Below, piece by piece: positions 19,475-31,724 of a stretch of DNA of 64,000 bases. The notes below the pieces were generated by a model, which was not told where the DNA came from, did not search any database, and worked only from the letters and a program-made list of their open reading frames with translations. This DNA is from Schmidtea polychroa (lineage: Eukaryota). The translations under genes and the position numbers were made by a program. Numbering within the stretch: position 1 is the first letter of the stretch; the number at the start of each line of letters is the position of its first letter. The stretch lies in the NCBI GenBank assembly GCA_044892525.1, contig CM097885.1, positions 7,690,001 to 7,754,000 on the forward strand. Reading direction: 5' to 3'.

Positions 19475-22400
19475 TTAGACCAGTCGTAATTGATTTATAA
19501 TTATTTCTGCAGTAATGCTTTTTAACATTAATTTATGTGATTTAAAGTCTTCTGGTGTTAGTCCTTGGATATATTCAGGATCAGTATTAAAATATTTAAG
19601 TTCTATAGGTTTTATATTTTGAACTTGATTATATAAAGGTTTAGGAATTAATATTTCAGGATATTGGATTTCTACTTTAGCAAGTTGAAGGTCTGTAATC
19701 TCTAGGTTATAAATTTCATTTATTTTATCAAGATTTTTTATTATAGGGATTAAATCATTTCCAATAGGTAATGTTGTCTTCAAGTCAGAAAGTATAAATC
19801 TTTTATCATCATAATTTGTTATAGCAATCTTGTTACACTCTTCAAGATATATATTATGTTTCTCTGATTTAAGATGATGGGTTTTAGCAATTTTATTTTT
19901 ATAATTTATATTTAATGAATCTTTATACTCTTGATGTGTGAAGGATTTTGACACTGATTTTTGAATTCCTTTACTTTTATTTTCTTTATAGCTTTTCGGG
20001 TTTTCAGGGAATGAAGGATATTCAAATGTGTGATCTATTTCAACAGATCCTTCTCCCTCCCCTATTATAAATTTTATTGTATGCTCTTTCATAATTGGTT
20101 TGTCTTTCATTTCAAGAGAATATTGTTTAGGTCTAATAAACACTCCTCCACTTATTGGAGTATTTGGTTTTTCATCTTTAAAAGTAAATAATTCTCCAGA
20201 GTTGTTTATTAATTTATTTAAGGTTTCGTTTTCACTTATTTCCTTTTTTAAATCTTTACTATGACCTTTTAAAAACATACTATCAGTGTCCATAGCATGC
20301 ATGGATATTCGATCTCCAAAATGTGGTACTAGAACATCATAGTAGGCTTCATACATTTGAAGCTTTGAAAGTTCTAAAATTGAAAACCCTATAAAGATTG
20401 GTTTATTATAAGTTTTTACAGAGTTTTTAATCTCTATGGCTATAAGGTTACTAGAGAATATCTCGGCATTTTTAAATGTGGGCTTTCCAATTATCCGGTT
20501 GTACCTATTAAGGTCTTTGGATGTATTGGTCAAAAGCTCTACACGTGTGTACTTGTCTATATTCTCCATGGTCTTTCCAAAGACCGCATTGTTCAGGAGT
20601 TTGTAAATCATATCAAGAAATGCATTTCCAGCTCTCTTTGCTGCATTTCTTTTCAAAATATTTCCCTCTATGAATTTTTTCATAAAAGGGGCTTGTCGAA
20701 ATTTAATAATGGAATGTACTTTTTTTAAAACCATTCCATGGGAGAGATAAAACTGAAGGAGTCTATAATGACAAAGGTAATCAGTTTTATCGGTCTGATC
20801 GCATAAAAGTTTTATACAGGGCGATCTATCCTGAGCCATCTGTCAGTCTGAAAGTTCTTCAGTCGAGATCTTTCTTCTTACTGGAGCAAATGGAAAGAAT
20901 CTTGTCCTGGATTTTATTTCATTGGGATATTCAAGATCGCATTCTATGACATATCCAAATTGAGAATCTTTTGGTGTTTTTAGAATTTCTTGTATTAATT
21001 CCTCAGTGGGCTCTTCCCAGGTGAACTTGCCAATTGGAAGGTATTGAGTCATTACTCCCGCATATAAAGCTGTTGCATCTATATACATTATTTCAGAAGG
21101 ATTAGAAAGACCTTCCATTATTTCCTTACGATCTTCTGGGTTTGTTATTTCTACATATAGAGCATCAGGATCTTTGAAAAATTTAGGATAAAGAGTTGTA
21201 AAATTATTAGCATTTATTTCTCTATTCCCTTGTACTGAAGAAATACCTCCTCTAATATTATGTTTATATACATTAAACATATCAAGCTCAACTAATAATT
21301 CAATAGTTTTATTTTTTACTGCTACATCTTCATCAGTCCATATGGTATATAATAATATATCCCAAGCTAGAGAGGGAGCGGTTATATAATTATAAGGTTT
21401 TAATTCAAAAGCTTTTGAAAATGTCTCGAAGCAATCAGCTAAGATATAAACATCCAAGGAAAGATACATGTCAGTATATTCTCCAAGGTTTCTACAGTTG
21501 AATAGATTCCACATTTTAACTGCACGGGAATATTCCTGATCAGAAATCCCTGATTGTGTTAAAACAGAAAAGAAATCTTCTTGGGGTGGGAGTAATTCAT
21601 TATATTTTTCAAAGGAGTCTATATAATCATATGGATAGATTCCTTTTGCTAGACAGGTATTATATTCCTCTAATGGAATATTGTTTTTTAATAACACATG
21701 TTCTTTTGTATATTTAAAATCCTCAGGGTTCATAGTTTTAGCAATCCCATCCAAAGACATCCCTAAGAAATTTAACGAGTCCAAAAACTTAAAGCATCCA
21801 TATTGAATGCTTTTATATTTTTCTTTTGTAAGTCCAATAACCTTGAAAGAGTTTTTAGCATTTGCGGCCAGATGCTTAATGAATAGGTGAATATCATAGC
21901 CAAAAAGATTGTGAAATATAAATGGTATGTGTGTTGGTTTTTTACAATTGAGATTACATTTTTTATGGGCTGCTCCTCTGTAATTATTTTCTCTTTTAAA
22001 ATGATCATGGTCTGCAACCTTTGGCTCCTCATCCTCAAACTCTTGTTTACACATCCAGCAGTGTGTTGCATTTTTATATTCTTCCTCTTGTTCTTCTGAA
22101 AAATTCATAGGAAAGTGGGATTTTAATATTATATATAATTCATGTTCTAGATTATTTAAAGTTTTAACAAAATGATCTAGAGTCTCTTTGTCAGAAGTTC
22201 CTCTAAATGAATATTCTCTAGATTCTACAAGTTCTGGATAATTACTTTTAAAAAACATTTTATAAGCAGAGGGTAATTGTTTTGTTAGTTTTACAGTATT
22301 AGTTTTTGTTCGTCTTAGTTTTACATTTATAGCTTCAAAATCATAATAAACCACTCCCAATGCTTCTAATAGATTGGAATAGTTTTTAAACCTCATATTA

Positions 22401-23401
22401 GCATTTTTCTTGTGTGGCATTTTTATTAAAGCAGGTTGATTCTTACAACAGAGTCTCTCATGTTTAATAGCAGCAAGTTTTGAAGTTGAATGATATAAAC
22501 ATCTTTTACAACATATGCCTCCACGAATGAGTGTGTTTCCTTTCATAAAACTTTGAAAATTCTTTATTGAGATATAATGAAGTTTTTTATCTAACATAGT
22601 GCCTCCGGACGCAGTGCTTTCTGCTTCTGGTTCTAATGAAATGCCTTCTTCTGCTTCTCTCCTCGGGTGAACGCTTTGAACCTCTTCACCATATTCTTCT
22701 CCATCAAAGTCTTCATCTGGTTTACCTTCTTCTAATATTAAAAGATCTACTTCTCTCTTTTCATCTGAGATTTCCATGTTAGAAATGTAAATAGGAATAA
22801 TGTGTTTATAATTTTTATTTTTTCTAGTTTTTGTAATTTTGGTTGGAATGAATTGATAAATATTAATTTTAAGATTATTTAATTTTTCAAATGCTGGAAC
22901 ATCTTCAATTTTCATTGGGTGGGAAAAATCTTTTGGATAAATTAATTCAGATTCATATTCTTCATATTTTTGAACTCTCTGTGGGTTAGTTGCTTGAGGA
23001 TGTAAGTGTGCAAGTATTGACCATTGAAAACATTTATTATCTTTATTCTGTACATTTATAACATGGTTGGAGGTGAATGGTGTGTGAATAAAAGATTTAG
23101 GATTTGGTGGTGCGCCTCTCCAGTATTCAATCTCTATATTTTGAAAAGAGTGGAATCTTAAATTAGATTCTCCTAGTTCTTGTTCCACCTGTTCTTGTTT
23201 TTCTTCCAATTCTTTAGCTATATCATTAACAAGTTTATTTCCTGCTTTTGTAGAAAATAAATATTTATATGAGGTTTCAATTTTTACATCTAGAGGCATT
23301 GCGATCGAATCATCTCCTCTCCAGTATTTTGCATTTCCTGTAAATTTAACTTTTATAACATTAAATCTTGATCTACCAAATTTTTTTATAGCATCATCCA
23401 T
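19475..23401 (-). pseudogene. polB: Protein-primed family B DNA polymerase interrupted by one in-frame TGA (20843-20845)
   Basis: Exo motifs YYDFEA, FHNLFGYD, YLSLDV; inserted EndoVII-like CWMC..DHDH..YRGAAHKKCN; Pol motifs YIDATALY, KLLNNAVFGKT, MDTDS; the two ORFs are in the same frame. Confidence 0.95.
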
Positions 23402-23409
23402 TGATGATA

Positions 23410-23853
23410 TTATTTTTTTTTATTTTCTCTTATATATTGCATGATTGATCTGGGTCCTCGTTTTACTTCTGCAATTACATCGGTGTGATTGAAGTCATCC
23501 CAATTAAACTCTAGTTTTTCAGCTTTTTCAGTCATTGAGTTTGAATCAGAATCTTTTGCTTCAAGACCACAATCTTCTATGTGTCTTAAGTAAAAAGATT
23601 TTATCCTCATCGTTTTTCCACATGCTGAACATTCGAATATTTCTCTGTTTTTAGGAACTCCAATACAATTTTTAAAATGCTTCTTATAACCTGAAAATAA
23701 ATATCTATCCTTACATTTAGTACAGATTTTGGAATTAGTGTCATCTAGTGTGTTAGCTTTTATTAAATGGTCTTTTGATTTTTTATGAGATGTTAAAGCA
23801 GTTTTATTTTTAAAATTTTTTTCACAAATTTCACAATTGAAAATAGCTTCCAT
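23410..23853 (-). CDS. Zinc-finger protein, probably the N-terminal extension of pPolB separated by a 1-nt frameshift
   Basis: CEIC..HKKSKDH, CTKC..HFKNC, CSAC..HIEDC; ends in an A9 run plus TAA, 8 nt before the polB ATG. Confidence 0.7.
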   Translation of the reverse strand: MEAIFNCEICEKNFKNKTALTSHKKSKDHLIKANTLDDTNSKICTKCKDRYLFSGYKKHFKNCIGVPKNREIFECSACGKTMRIKSFYLRHIEDCGLEAKDSDSNSMTEKAEKLEFNWDDFNHTDVIAEVKRGPRSIMQYIRENKKK

Positions 23854-23926
23854 TTTTAAAAGAATCTTTTGGTTGGATACGATGTTTTGGTTTTGATATT
23901 AATTTTTATTTTTTTTAAATCTAAAA

Positions 23927-24259
23927 GTGATCAGGCGACCTAGATCATTATGAATTAGGTAATCTGATATTCTTATAACATTAAATCCTTATAACATTAA
24001 ATCCTTAAGACCAAGTAGTGAGGAATCTATGCATTCCGTTACCTTTTCTCGGAATTACTAATCTATAAATACATCTATTCCGAACTTTTTTAATTTTAAG
24101 GGAAGAAATTAAGGGTTAATGGCAATAGGGGACAAAGTTTAAAAGTTAAAAAAAGTGAAGAATATGGGGTAAAAAAGCATATAAATGTGGAAAATATGGG
24201 TCAATAGCGCTGTTTTTTTTTAGGGTTGGGGTGCTGGGGTGCATAGATTCCTCACTACT
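23927..24259 (-). repeat. Right TIR of the inner Polinton (complete, 333 bp)
   Basis: Reverse complement of 9289-9608 plus the terminal 14 bp; reads AGTAGTGAGGAATCTATGCACCCC from the end. Confidence 0.93.
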
Positions 24260-24755
24260 AACGATCAGTAAACAACACTGTACCAACTACCAAGTACTTA
24301 CAACTAGTTACTAATAACCAGATACATACAACTAGATACTAACAACTAGTTACCTGATAGCAACCAACTAGGTACCAGATACCAAGTACTAACAACCGAC
24401 AACAACCAGATACCAAGTACTCACAACCGTCAACAACTAGGTACTAAGCATCATCAACCAACTACTAAGTACCTACAACTAGATACTAACAACCAAAAAC
24501 AACCAACCAACTAGGTACTAGATACCAAGTACTAACAACCAACATCAACCAGGTACTAAGCATTATCAACCAAGTACCTACAACCAACAACAACTAGCTA
24601 CCACCTACTAAGTACTTACAACCAAGTATAAGATACCTAGTACTAAGCACTGTCAACTAGATACCAAGTACTTAAAACCAGATGACCACATGAAATTATT
24701 GGTAAAATAAGTAAATTAATGTCTAATTTTAAAATTAAGTAATCAATGATCTAAA
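24260..24755 (+). repeat. Left TIR arm of the outer element (part 2, resumes after the nested Polinton)
   Basis: Reverse complement of 28875-~29362; first 122 bp duplicate 9169-9290. Confidence 0.9.
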
Positions 24756-25527
24756 ATATTAAAGTCAATTTAATATGAAAGTTTTTCTGGGATTTTCAAT
24801 GTTAATTTTAGATGCAAATCTTCCTCAATTAATCAATGACCACATGAAATTATTGGTTAAATATGAAAATAAGGATTATATTTAGTTGTTAAGCAAATTA
24901 TGGTGTAAAATTAAGAAATAAAGAATAATTAGGTAAATTAAGGAAAAGTAAATTAAAGTTAAAAATTTTAAATAAGTAAATTAAGGTTCAAAATTTTAAA
25001 TTAAAGCTAAATGAGTAAATTAAAGTAATAATTTTTAAATAAGTAATGTAATAAGTAAATTAAACTAAGATTTTTAAATTTATTATCAAAAGATTGAATA
25101 ACCACCAACTTTTTTGAGAAATGTAATTTATAATGAAAATTTAAATGGAAATTTTAATGAAATAATAATAATAATAATATTTAAACAGTTACCAACAATT
25201 GGTTACTGATTTTTTTTAACTAGGTGCTAACAAATAAGTAACAAATACTTTCAACATGATCCCACGTACTAACTAACTCTCAAACAACCAAGTAAAAACA
25301 ACTAACTACTTACAATCAACTAAATATTCTTTATTGTATTTCATGAATTGTATACCATCACTCAATCACTTTAACACACCACGTGAAATTCAAAATAATT
25401 TAAATTACAATGAAAGACTAATGAATTCTAATTTACAAAACATTCTTCTTTTAATTGATAACTGATTATTGCATTGTAAAAATCGCATTCAATAAATACT
25501 TATTGTTGATCAGTTTTATTATATATA

Positions 25528-28520
25528 CTCTGAGTTTATCCTACAGGATGTTTTGACCCCCTAAGGGTACTGGTCGTAAGGGTACTGGTCGTAAGGGTAT
25601 TAGTCGTAAGGGTACTAGTCGTAAGGGTACTGGTCGTAAGTGTATTGGTAACACTCAACAACCACCTACCCATTAACTAGCTACAACCAGCTAACAACTA
25701 GATACCAAGTACTAACAACCGACAACAACCAGGTACTAAGCATTATCAACCTACAACTATATAACAACAATCAGTAAACAACACTGTACCAACTACCAAA
25801 TACAAGATACCAACAACTTAGTACCAACAATCAACTAACAACACATAAAAATAATAGCAATTAAATACAAAATATTCTTCATCGTATACACTATCTTCTT
25901 ATCAAAATCTAAAAAGTCAACCAACTACTGACAACCAACAACTATGTATTAACAAATAGATCTTTAAAAGCAAATACTCATCACTTGAAAAATTAGATGG
26001 AAAATTAATTGAACTCAAGACATCAATAACTTGGTAAAAATTGATTAAATAATTGTAAAAATTTAAATTATACCAAATAATTATTATAAAAATGTAATTA
26101 ATGGACAAGAAAGAATTTGAATCATTAATCATCCAGTAAATAAAAAAAAATATTGATCATTCAAGTTGAATCAACTAAGATAATAAATTAATAAATTTTT
26201 TGAAATAAGATCTAGTAGATAATTGATTTAGATTGAATAAATTAATTGAAATAAAATTAATTTTAATTATTTTTTTTAAAAGTACTCAAATTGATTGACT
26301 GATTTCTCAATATATTCAAAAATCAGTATAAATTCATTACAATTATCAATGTCATCAATCTACAATAAAAATAATTATCATTAAATTCCAAGAGACTAGA
26401 AAACTAACAAACCAGTAAATTCATTCAAATGACAATAATTGGTATATCCGAGTGAATTCTCCAATAAAATCATCTAAAAAGCATCATATTTCCCTGAAAT
26501 ATCTCTATCTTTTAAGATTAGTATCTTATCGATAAGTACTTGTTAAAGATCATATATTCACCTCAAACTAAAAAGATTCCTTAAAATCCCTTAAATGACT
26601 ATATTTCAACCCTTAATTCGTATTATTACAAATATCATCTAAAAAGCATCAAATTTCCCTGAAATAACTCTATCTTTAAAGATTAATATTTTATCGATAA
26701 ATATCCTTAAAAGGTTATATATTTACCTCAGACTAATAAGATTCCTTAAAATCCTTTTAAATGACTAATTCATATTATCACGAATATTTCCCTTTAAAAC
26801 ATGTAAAATAAATTGGTCATTAACCCTAAATAATTTATAAAATCTAATGATAAAACTGGTTATAATTAAATTTTTATTCTAAAAATAAATCACTCTATTT
26901 GAAATTTAAAATAATTATTACTGTACAATATAACTGACTAGGTCCCATTGAAAGATTAAATTTATCCATTCAATTAAATAAATTTCTTCAAATGGTCAAC
27001 TTTTGTCGTTGTCCGTCTAAATAAACATAAAAATAATTTAAAGTTGATATCAATTCCAATTATCTGTAAAGATTTCATTGTCAAAACCAAGTAATTCGAT
27101 CATTATCCCTACTTAATAAAACATTGTTCTAAATTAATTTACTGTGCATTAATCACAACCTAATAAAACGATATAATTATTATTTATTCATAACTGACTA
27201 ATTGACATTTCCCTTACAACATTGTTATTTTACCAACAGCATACTTAAAAAATCATATATTCCCATCTTAACCCATCTCTCATTAAATTTAACCGACTAT
27301 ATCTCCCTTACAATGATATATTCCCATCTTAACCCATCCCTCATTAAATTTAACCAACTATATCCCCTCAAAAGATCATATTTTTCCATCTTAACCCATC
27401 CCTCATTAAATCTAATCGACTATATCCCCTCAAAAGATCATATTTTCCCATCTTAACCGATCTCTCAGCAAATATTTCTACACTTTTAAACATCTATCCG
27501 ATTATATCCCTTAATTTCCCCAAAGATTCCACCCACTTAAGCACTTTAATATATCAATCCTCTTAAAATCCTTAGAGAACTTCAAAAATATGACTTAACT
27601 GTTATAGACACCAAATATTCTTCCATTGAAATAATTTAGTAGCTATGTATTTCACCCATCAAATACCTAACTGGGGATGATATATATTGTTTGATCATAA
27701 TTCTTCAGCTATTCAGCCAATCATTTTCAAGCAATAACAGCAAACTAAATTTCAGTATATCCTACAATAATCAAGTAAATTTAAAGTCATTGATAAAGTT
27801 AACTGGTTTCTTAGCTTATGTTTTTTAAAGTGCATCAATGTGTAAATATTCTTAGAAAATTATTTATTCTATCACTTAATTATTAACCTAATTGTCAATG
27901 AAATTAATTTTTATTTAAAAACTATTCAATAAAATACCACTAATTATCAAGAAATTAATTAAATTTATCAATTAAATTTATCACCATTAAAACTTTTAAT
28001 CAGTCAACATGAAATTCTTAGAAAATTATTCAATATCCTCATAAAAATTTATCCTATCACTTGATTATTGTAAAAACTCTAATTATTAACCTCATTAAAA
28101 ATAAATTTTTATTTAAAATTAAAAAACAAGTCAATAAAAATACATTAAATTATCAAGAAATTAATTAAATTTACCTTAGAATTAGCATTAAATTACAGAT
28201 ATTCACAAAAAATTACGGAAATTCATGAAAATGATAGATATCCACAAAAATTACGGATATTCACAAAAATGATAGAAATCCGCAAAAATAATAGAAAATT
28301 ACAAAAAAACGATAAAAATTCACAAAATTGATAGAAATTTATTTGAATATTTACTAAAACCATCAACTCTAAAAATTATCAATGAATGCCTTAAACAAAT
28401 TTGACTAAATAATCATTCAAATAAAAGCATTAAATACCTTTACGACATGTTGAATGTGAGTAGTACCCTTGTGAGCAATACCCATAGGGGATCAGAATAT
28501 TTTGTCGAATAAACTCAGAG
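25528..28520. mobile_element. Possible degenerate TIR element in TA runs inside the outer core
   Basis: CTCTGAGTTTATCCTACAGGATGTTTTGACCCCCTAAGGGTA at 25528 and its inverted relative ending at 28520; a third copy of the end lies at ~57594-57656; 15-bp subterminal tandem GGTACTGGTCGTAAG. Confidence 0.5.
27250..27460. repeat. ~56-bp tandem repeat (CCCATCTTAACCCATCCCTCATTAAATTTAACCGACTATATCCCCT)
   Basis: About four degenerate copies; explains ORF 27202..27456. Confidence 0.8.
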
Positions 28521-28874
28521 TATATATTAATTAACTCATTCAAATTTATCATTGAATCAGTAAAATTATCATAAATTTCGATAAAAATTCTAAAGTGGTA
28601 AGCAATGTAAAATGAAAAGACAATTATTCTTTAAACTTTGATAAAATTAACAATGAAGGTGGTAACAATCTTCATTAAAGTGAGGAAATTATTCATTACT
28701 CGATGATAAATTCAAATGAGTGAAAATAAGTGGTAGAATAATTCATTAATGGATCATGGGAAGTAAATACTGAGAAGCGGCATAGATAAGATGAAGGTTG
28801 ATAAGAATGCAAATATATTAATTTATTTAAAATTATTTCATAAAATTCATAAATTTAATAAAAAAAAAATAAAA

Positions 28875-31724
28875 TTTAGATCATTGATTACTTAATTTTA
28901 AAATTAGACATTAATTTACTTATTTTACCAATAATTTCATGTGGTCATCTGGTTTTAAGTACTTGGTATCTAGTTGACAGTGCTTAGTACTAGGTATCTT
29001 ATACTTGGTTGTAAATACTTAGTAGGTGGTAGCTAGTTGTTGTTGGTTGTAGGTACTTGATTGATAATGCTTAGTACCTGGTTGATGTTGGTTGTTAGTA
29101 CTTGGTATCTAGTACCTAGTTGGTTGGTTGTTTTTGGTTGTTAGTATCTAGTTGTAGGTACTTAGTAGTTGGTTGATGATGCTAGTTGTTGACGGTTGTG
29201 AGTACTTGGTATCTGGTTGTTGTCGGTTGTTAGTACTTGGTATCTGGTACCTAGTTGGTTGCTATCAGGTAACTAGTTGTTAGTATCTAGTTGTATGTAT
29301 CTGGTTATTAGTAACTAGTTGTAAGTACTTGGTAGTTGGTACAGTGTTGTTTACTGATCGTTGTTATATAGTTGTAGGTACTTGGTAGCAGGTAATTGGT
29401 TGTTAGTAACTAGTTGTAGGTACTTAGTAGTTGGTTGATGATGCTTAGTACCTAGTTGTTGACGGTTGTGAGTACTTGGTATCTAGTTGTTGTCGGTTGT
29501 TAGCAGTTGGTAGGTGGTACCTAGTTGGTTGCTATCAGGTAACTAGTTGTTAGTATCTAGTTGTAGGTATCTGGTTGTTGGCGGTTGTTAGTACTTGGTA
29601 TCTGGTACCTAGTTAGTTGCTATCAGGTAACTGGTTGTTAGTAACTAGTTGTAGGTATCTGGTTGTTAGTAACTAGTTGTAAGTACTTGGTATCAGGTAA
29701 CTGGTTGGTTGGTTGTTTTTGGTTGTTAGTATCTAGTTGTAGGTACTTAGTAGTTGGTAATTAATGCTCAGTACCTGGTTGTTAGTTGATTGTTAGTATC
29801 TGGTACCTAGTTGGTTGCTTGATTTGATTGTTAGTACTTGATACCTAGTTGGTTGCTTGTTTTTGGTTGTTAGTATCTAGTTGTAGGTATCAGGTAACTA
29901 GTTGTTAGTAACTAGTTGTAGGTTGTAGGTGGTTGGTAATGCTTAGTAGCTGGTTGTTGTCGGTTGTGAGTAGTTGGTATCTGGTAACTAGTTGTTAGTA
30001 CTTGGTACCTAGTTGGTTGCTTGTTTTTGGTTGTTAGTACTTGTTAGGTGGTTGTAGGTACTTGGTAGGTACTTAGTAGTTGGTAATTAATGCTTAGTAC
30101 CTGGTTGATGTTGGTTGTATGTACTTGGTAGGTGGTTGTAGGTACTTAGTATCAGGTAACTAGTTGTTAGTAACTAGTTGTAGGTACTTGGTATCTGGTA
30201 ACTGGTTGTAAGTAACTAGTTGTAAGTACTTGGTATCAGGTAACATGTTGTTAGTAACTAGTTGTAGGTATCTGGTATCAGGTAACTGGTTGTTAGTAAC
30301 TAGTTGTAGGTATCTGGTTGTAAATACATGTTGGTACTAAGTTGTTGGTTTGTTGTTGAATTATTATTAAAATTTGTCTTTGAAAAATATTTCATAAAAA
30401 TTTCCATTAAAAATTATCTTAAAAATTTCCATTAAAAATTAGCATTGAAAAATATTCCATAAAAATTTCCATTATAAATTACCATTGAAAAATATTTCAT
30501 AAAAATTTTCATTAAAAAATTTCAATTCTCAAACACCTATTATTTCAACTTTTTGTTAATAAATTTAAAAGTCTTACTTTAATTTACTTATTACATTACT
30601 TTAATTTACTTATTTAAAAATTATTACTTTAATTTACTTATTTAAAATTTTTTACCATTGATTACTTAATTTTAAAATTTGGACCATCATTTACTTTAAT
30701 TCAAAAATTTGGACCATAATTTACTGTAATTCAATTTTTAGAACCATAATTTACTTTAATTTAATTTTTTAGAACCTAAATTTACTTTAATTTAAAAATT
30801 TGGACCATTATTTACTTTAATTTAAAACATTTGAACCATTATTTACTTTAATTGAAAAATCTGAGCCCATTAATTACTTTAATTCGAAAATATGAACCTT
30901 AATTTAATTTTTTAGAACCATAATTAACTGTAATTAAATTTTTAGAACCATTATTTACTTTAATTTAAAAATTTGAACCTTAATTTAGTTATTTGAGCCC
31001 ATAATTTACTTTAATTCAAAAATCTGAGCCCATAATTTACTTTAATTCAAATATTTTGACCATAATTTACTGTAATTTAATTTTTTAGACCCATAATTTA
31101 CTGTAATTTAATTTTTTAGACCCATAATTTACTGTAATTCATTTTTTAGACCCATAATTTGCTTTATTTTTAAAAATTTACCATGTTTTTTAGTGTAGAC
31201 CACCTTTTTGTATTGAAATTCTCAGGACCAAGGAGACCCACCTGAATTGACCTAGAAAAATCCATGCTTTTTTATTGAAGACCGCCTTTTTCGATTGAAA
31301 TTCTCAGGACCAAGGAGACCCACCTTAATTTAATTCGAAAAATCCATGCTTTTTTATTGATAGTCGGATTTTTGTATTGAAAATCCCAGGACCATCGAGA
31401 CCCACCTCACTATAGTGTGAAAAATCCTTGGCTTTTTTAGTGGTAGTCGGATTTTTTGTATAGAAAAAAATTTTTTGTATTGAAAATCCCAGGACCATCG
31501 TTTTTGTATTGAAAAATTTTTTTTGTATTGAAAATCCCAGGACCATCGAGACCCCCTCACTATAGTGTGATAAAAAAAAAATTTTGGACTAAAAATCCCT
31601 GAAAGTAAAAAAATGTGAGTTGCAGCAATTGCGTAATAAAAAGTTGCAGCAAAAAAAAGTTGCAGCAGAACCCCCCCCCCGGGGGGGGGGGGTCATTGCT
31701 GCAGTAAGCTACTAACTACCTACT
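28875..31724 (-). repeat. Right TIR arm of the outer element (uninterrupted, 2850 bp)
   Basis: Reverse complement of 5776-9290 joined to 24382-24755, with fewer tandem units in the distal block. Confidence 0.92.

Larger units (their letters stand above)
9289..24259. mobile_element. Inner Polinton/Maverick (adintovirus-like endogenous virus), ~15 kb
   Basis: Own ~330-bp TIRs, right terminus ...GATTCCTCACTACT, full core gene set (MCP, integrase, ATPase, protease, penton-like, pPolB). Confidence 0.95.
5776..31724. mobile_element. Outer Polinton-type element with multi-kb foldback TIRs, non-coding core and a nested autonomous-type Polinton
   Basis: Termini AGTAGGTAGTTAGTAGC...GCTACTAACTACCTACT, perfect 6-bp TSD TTAGTA (5770-5775, 31725-31730), long inverted arms. 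Confidence 0.9.
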
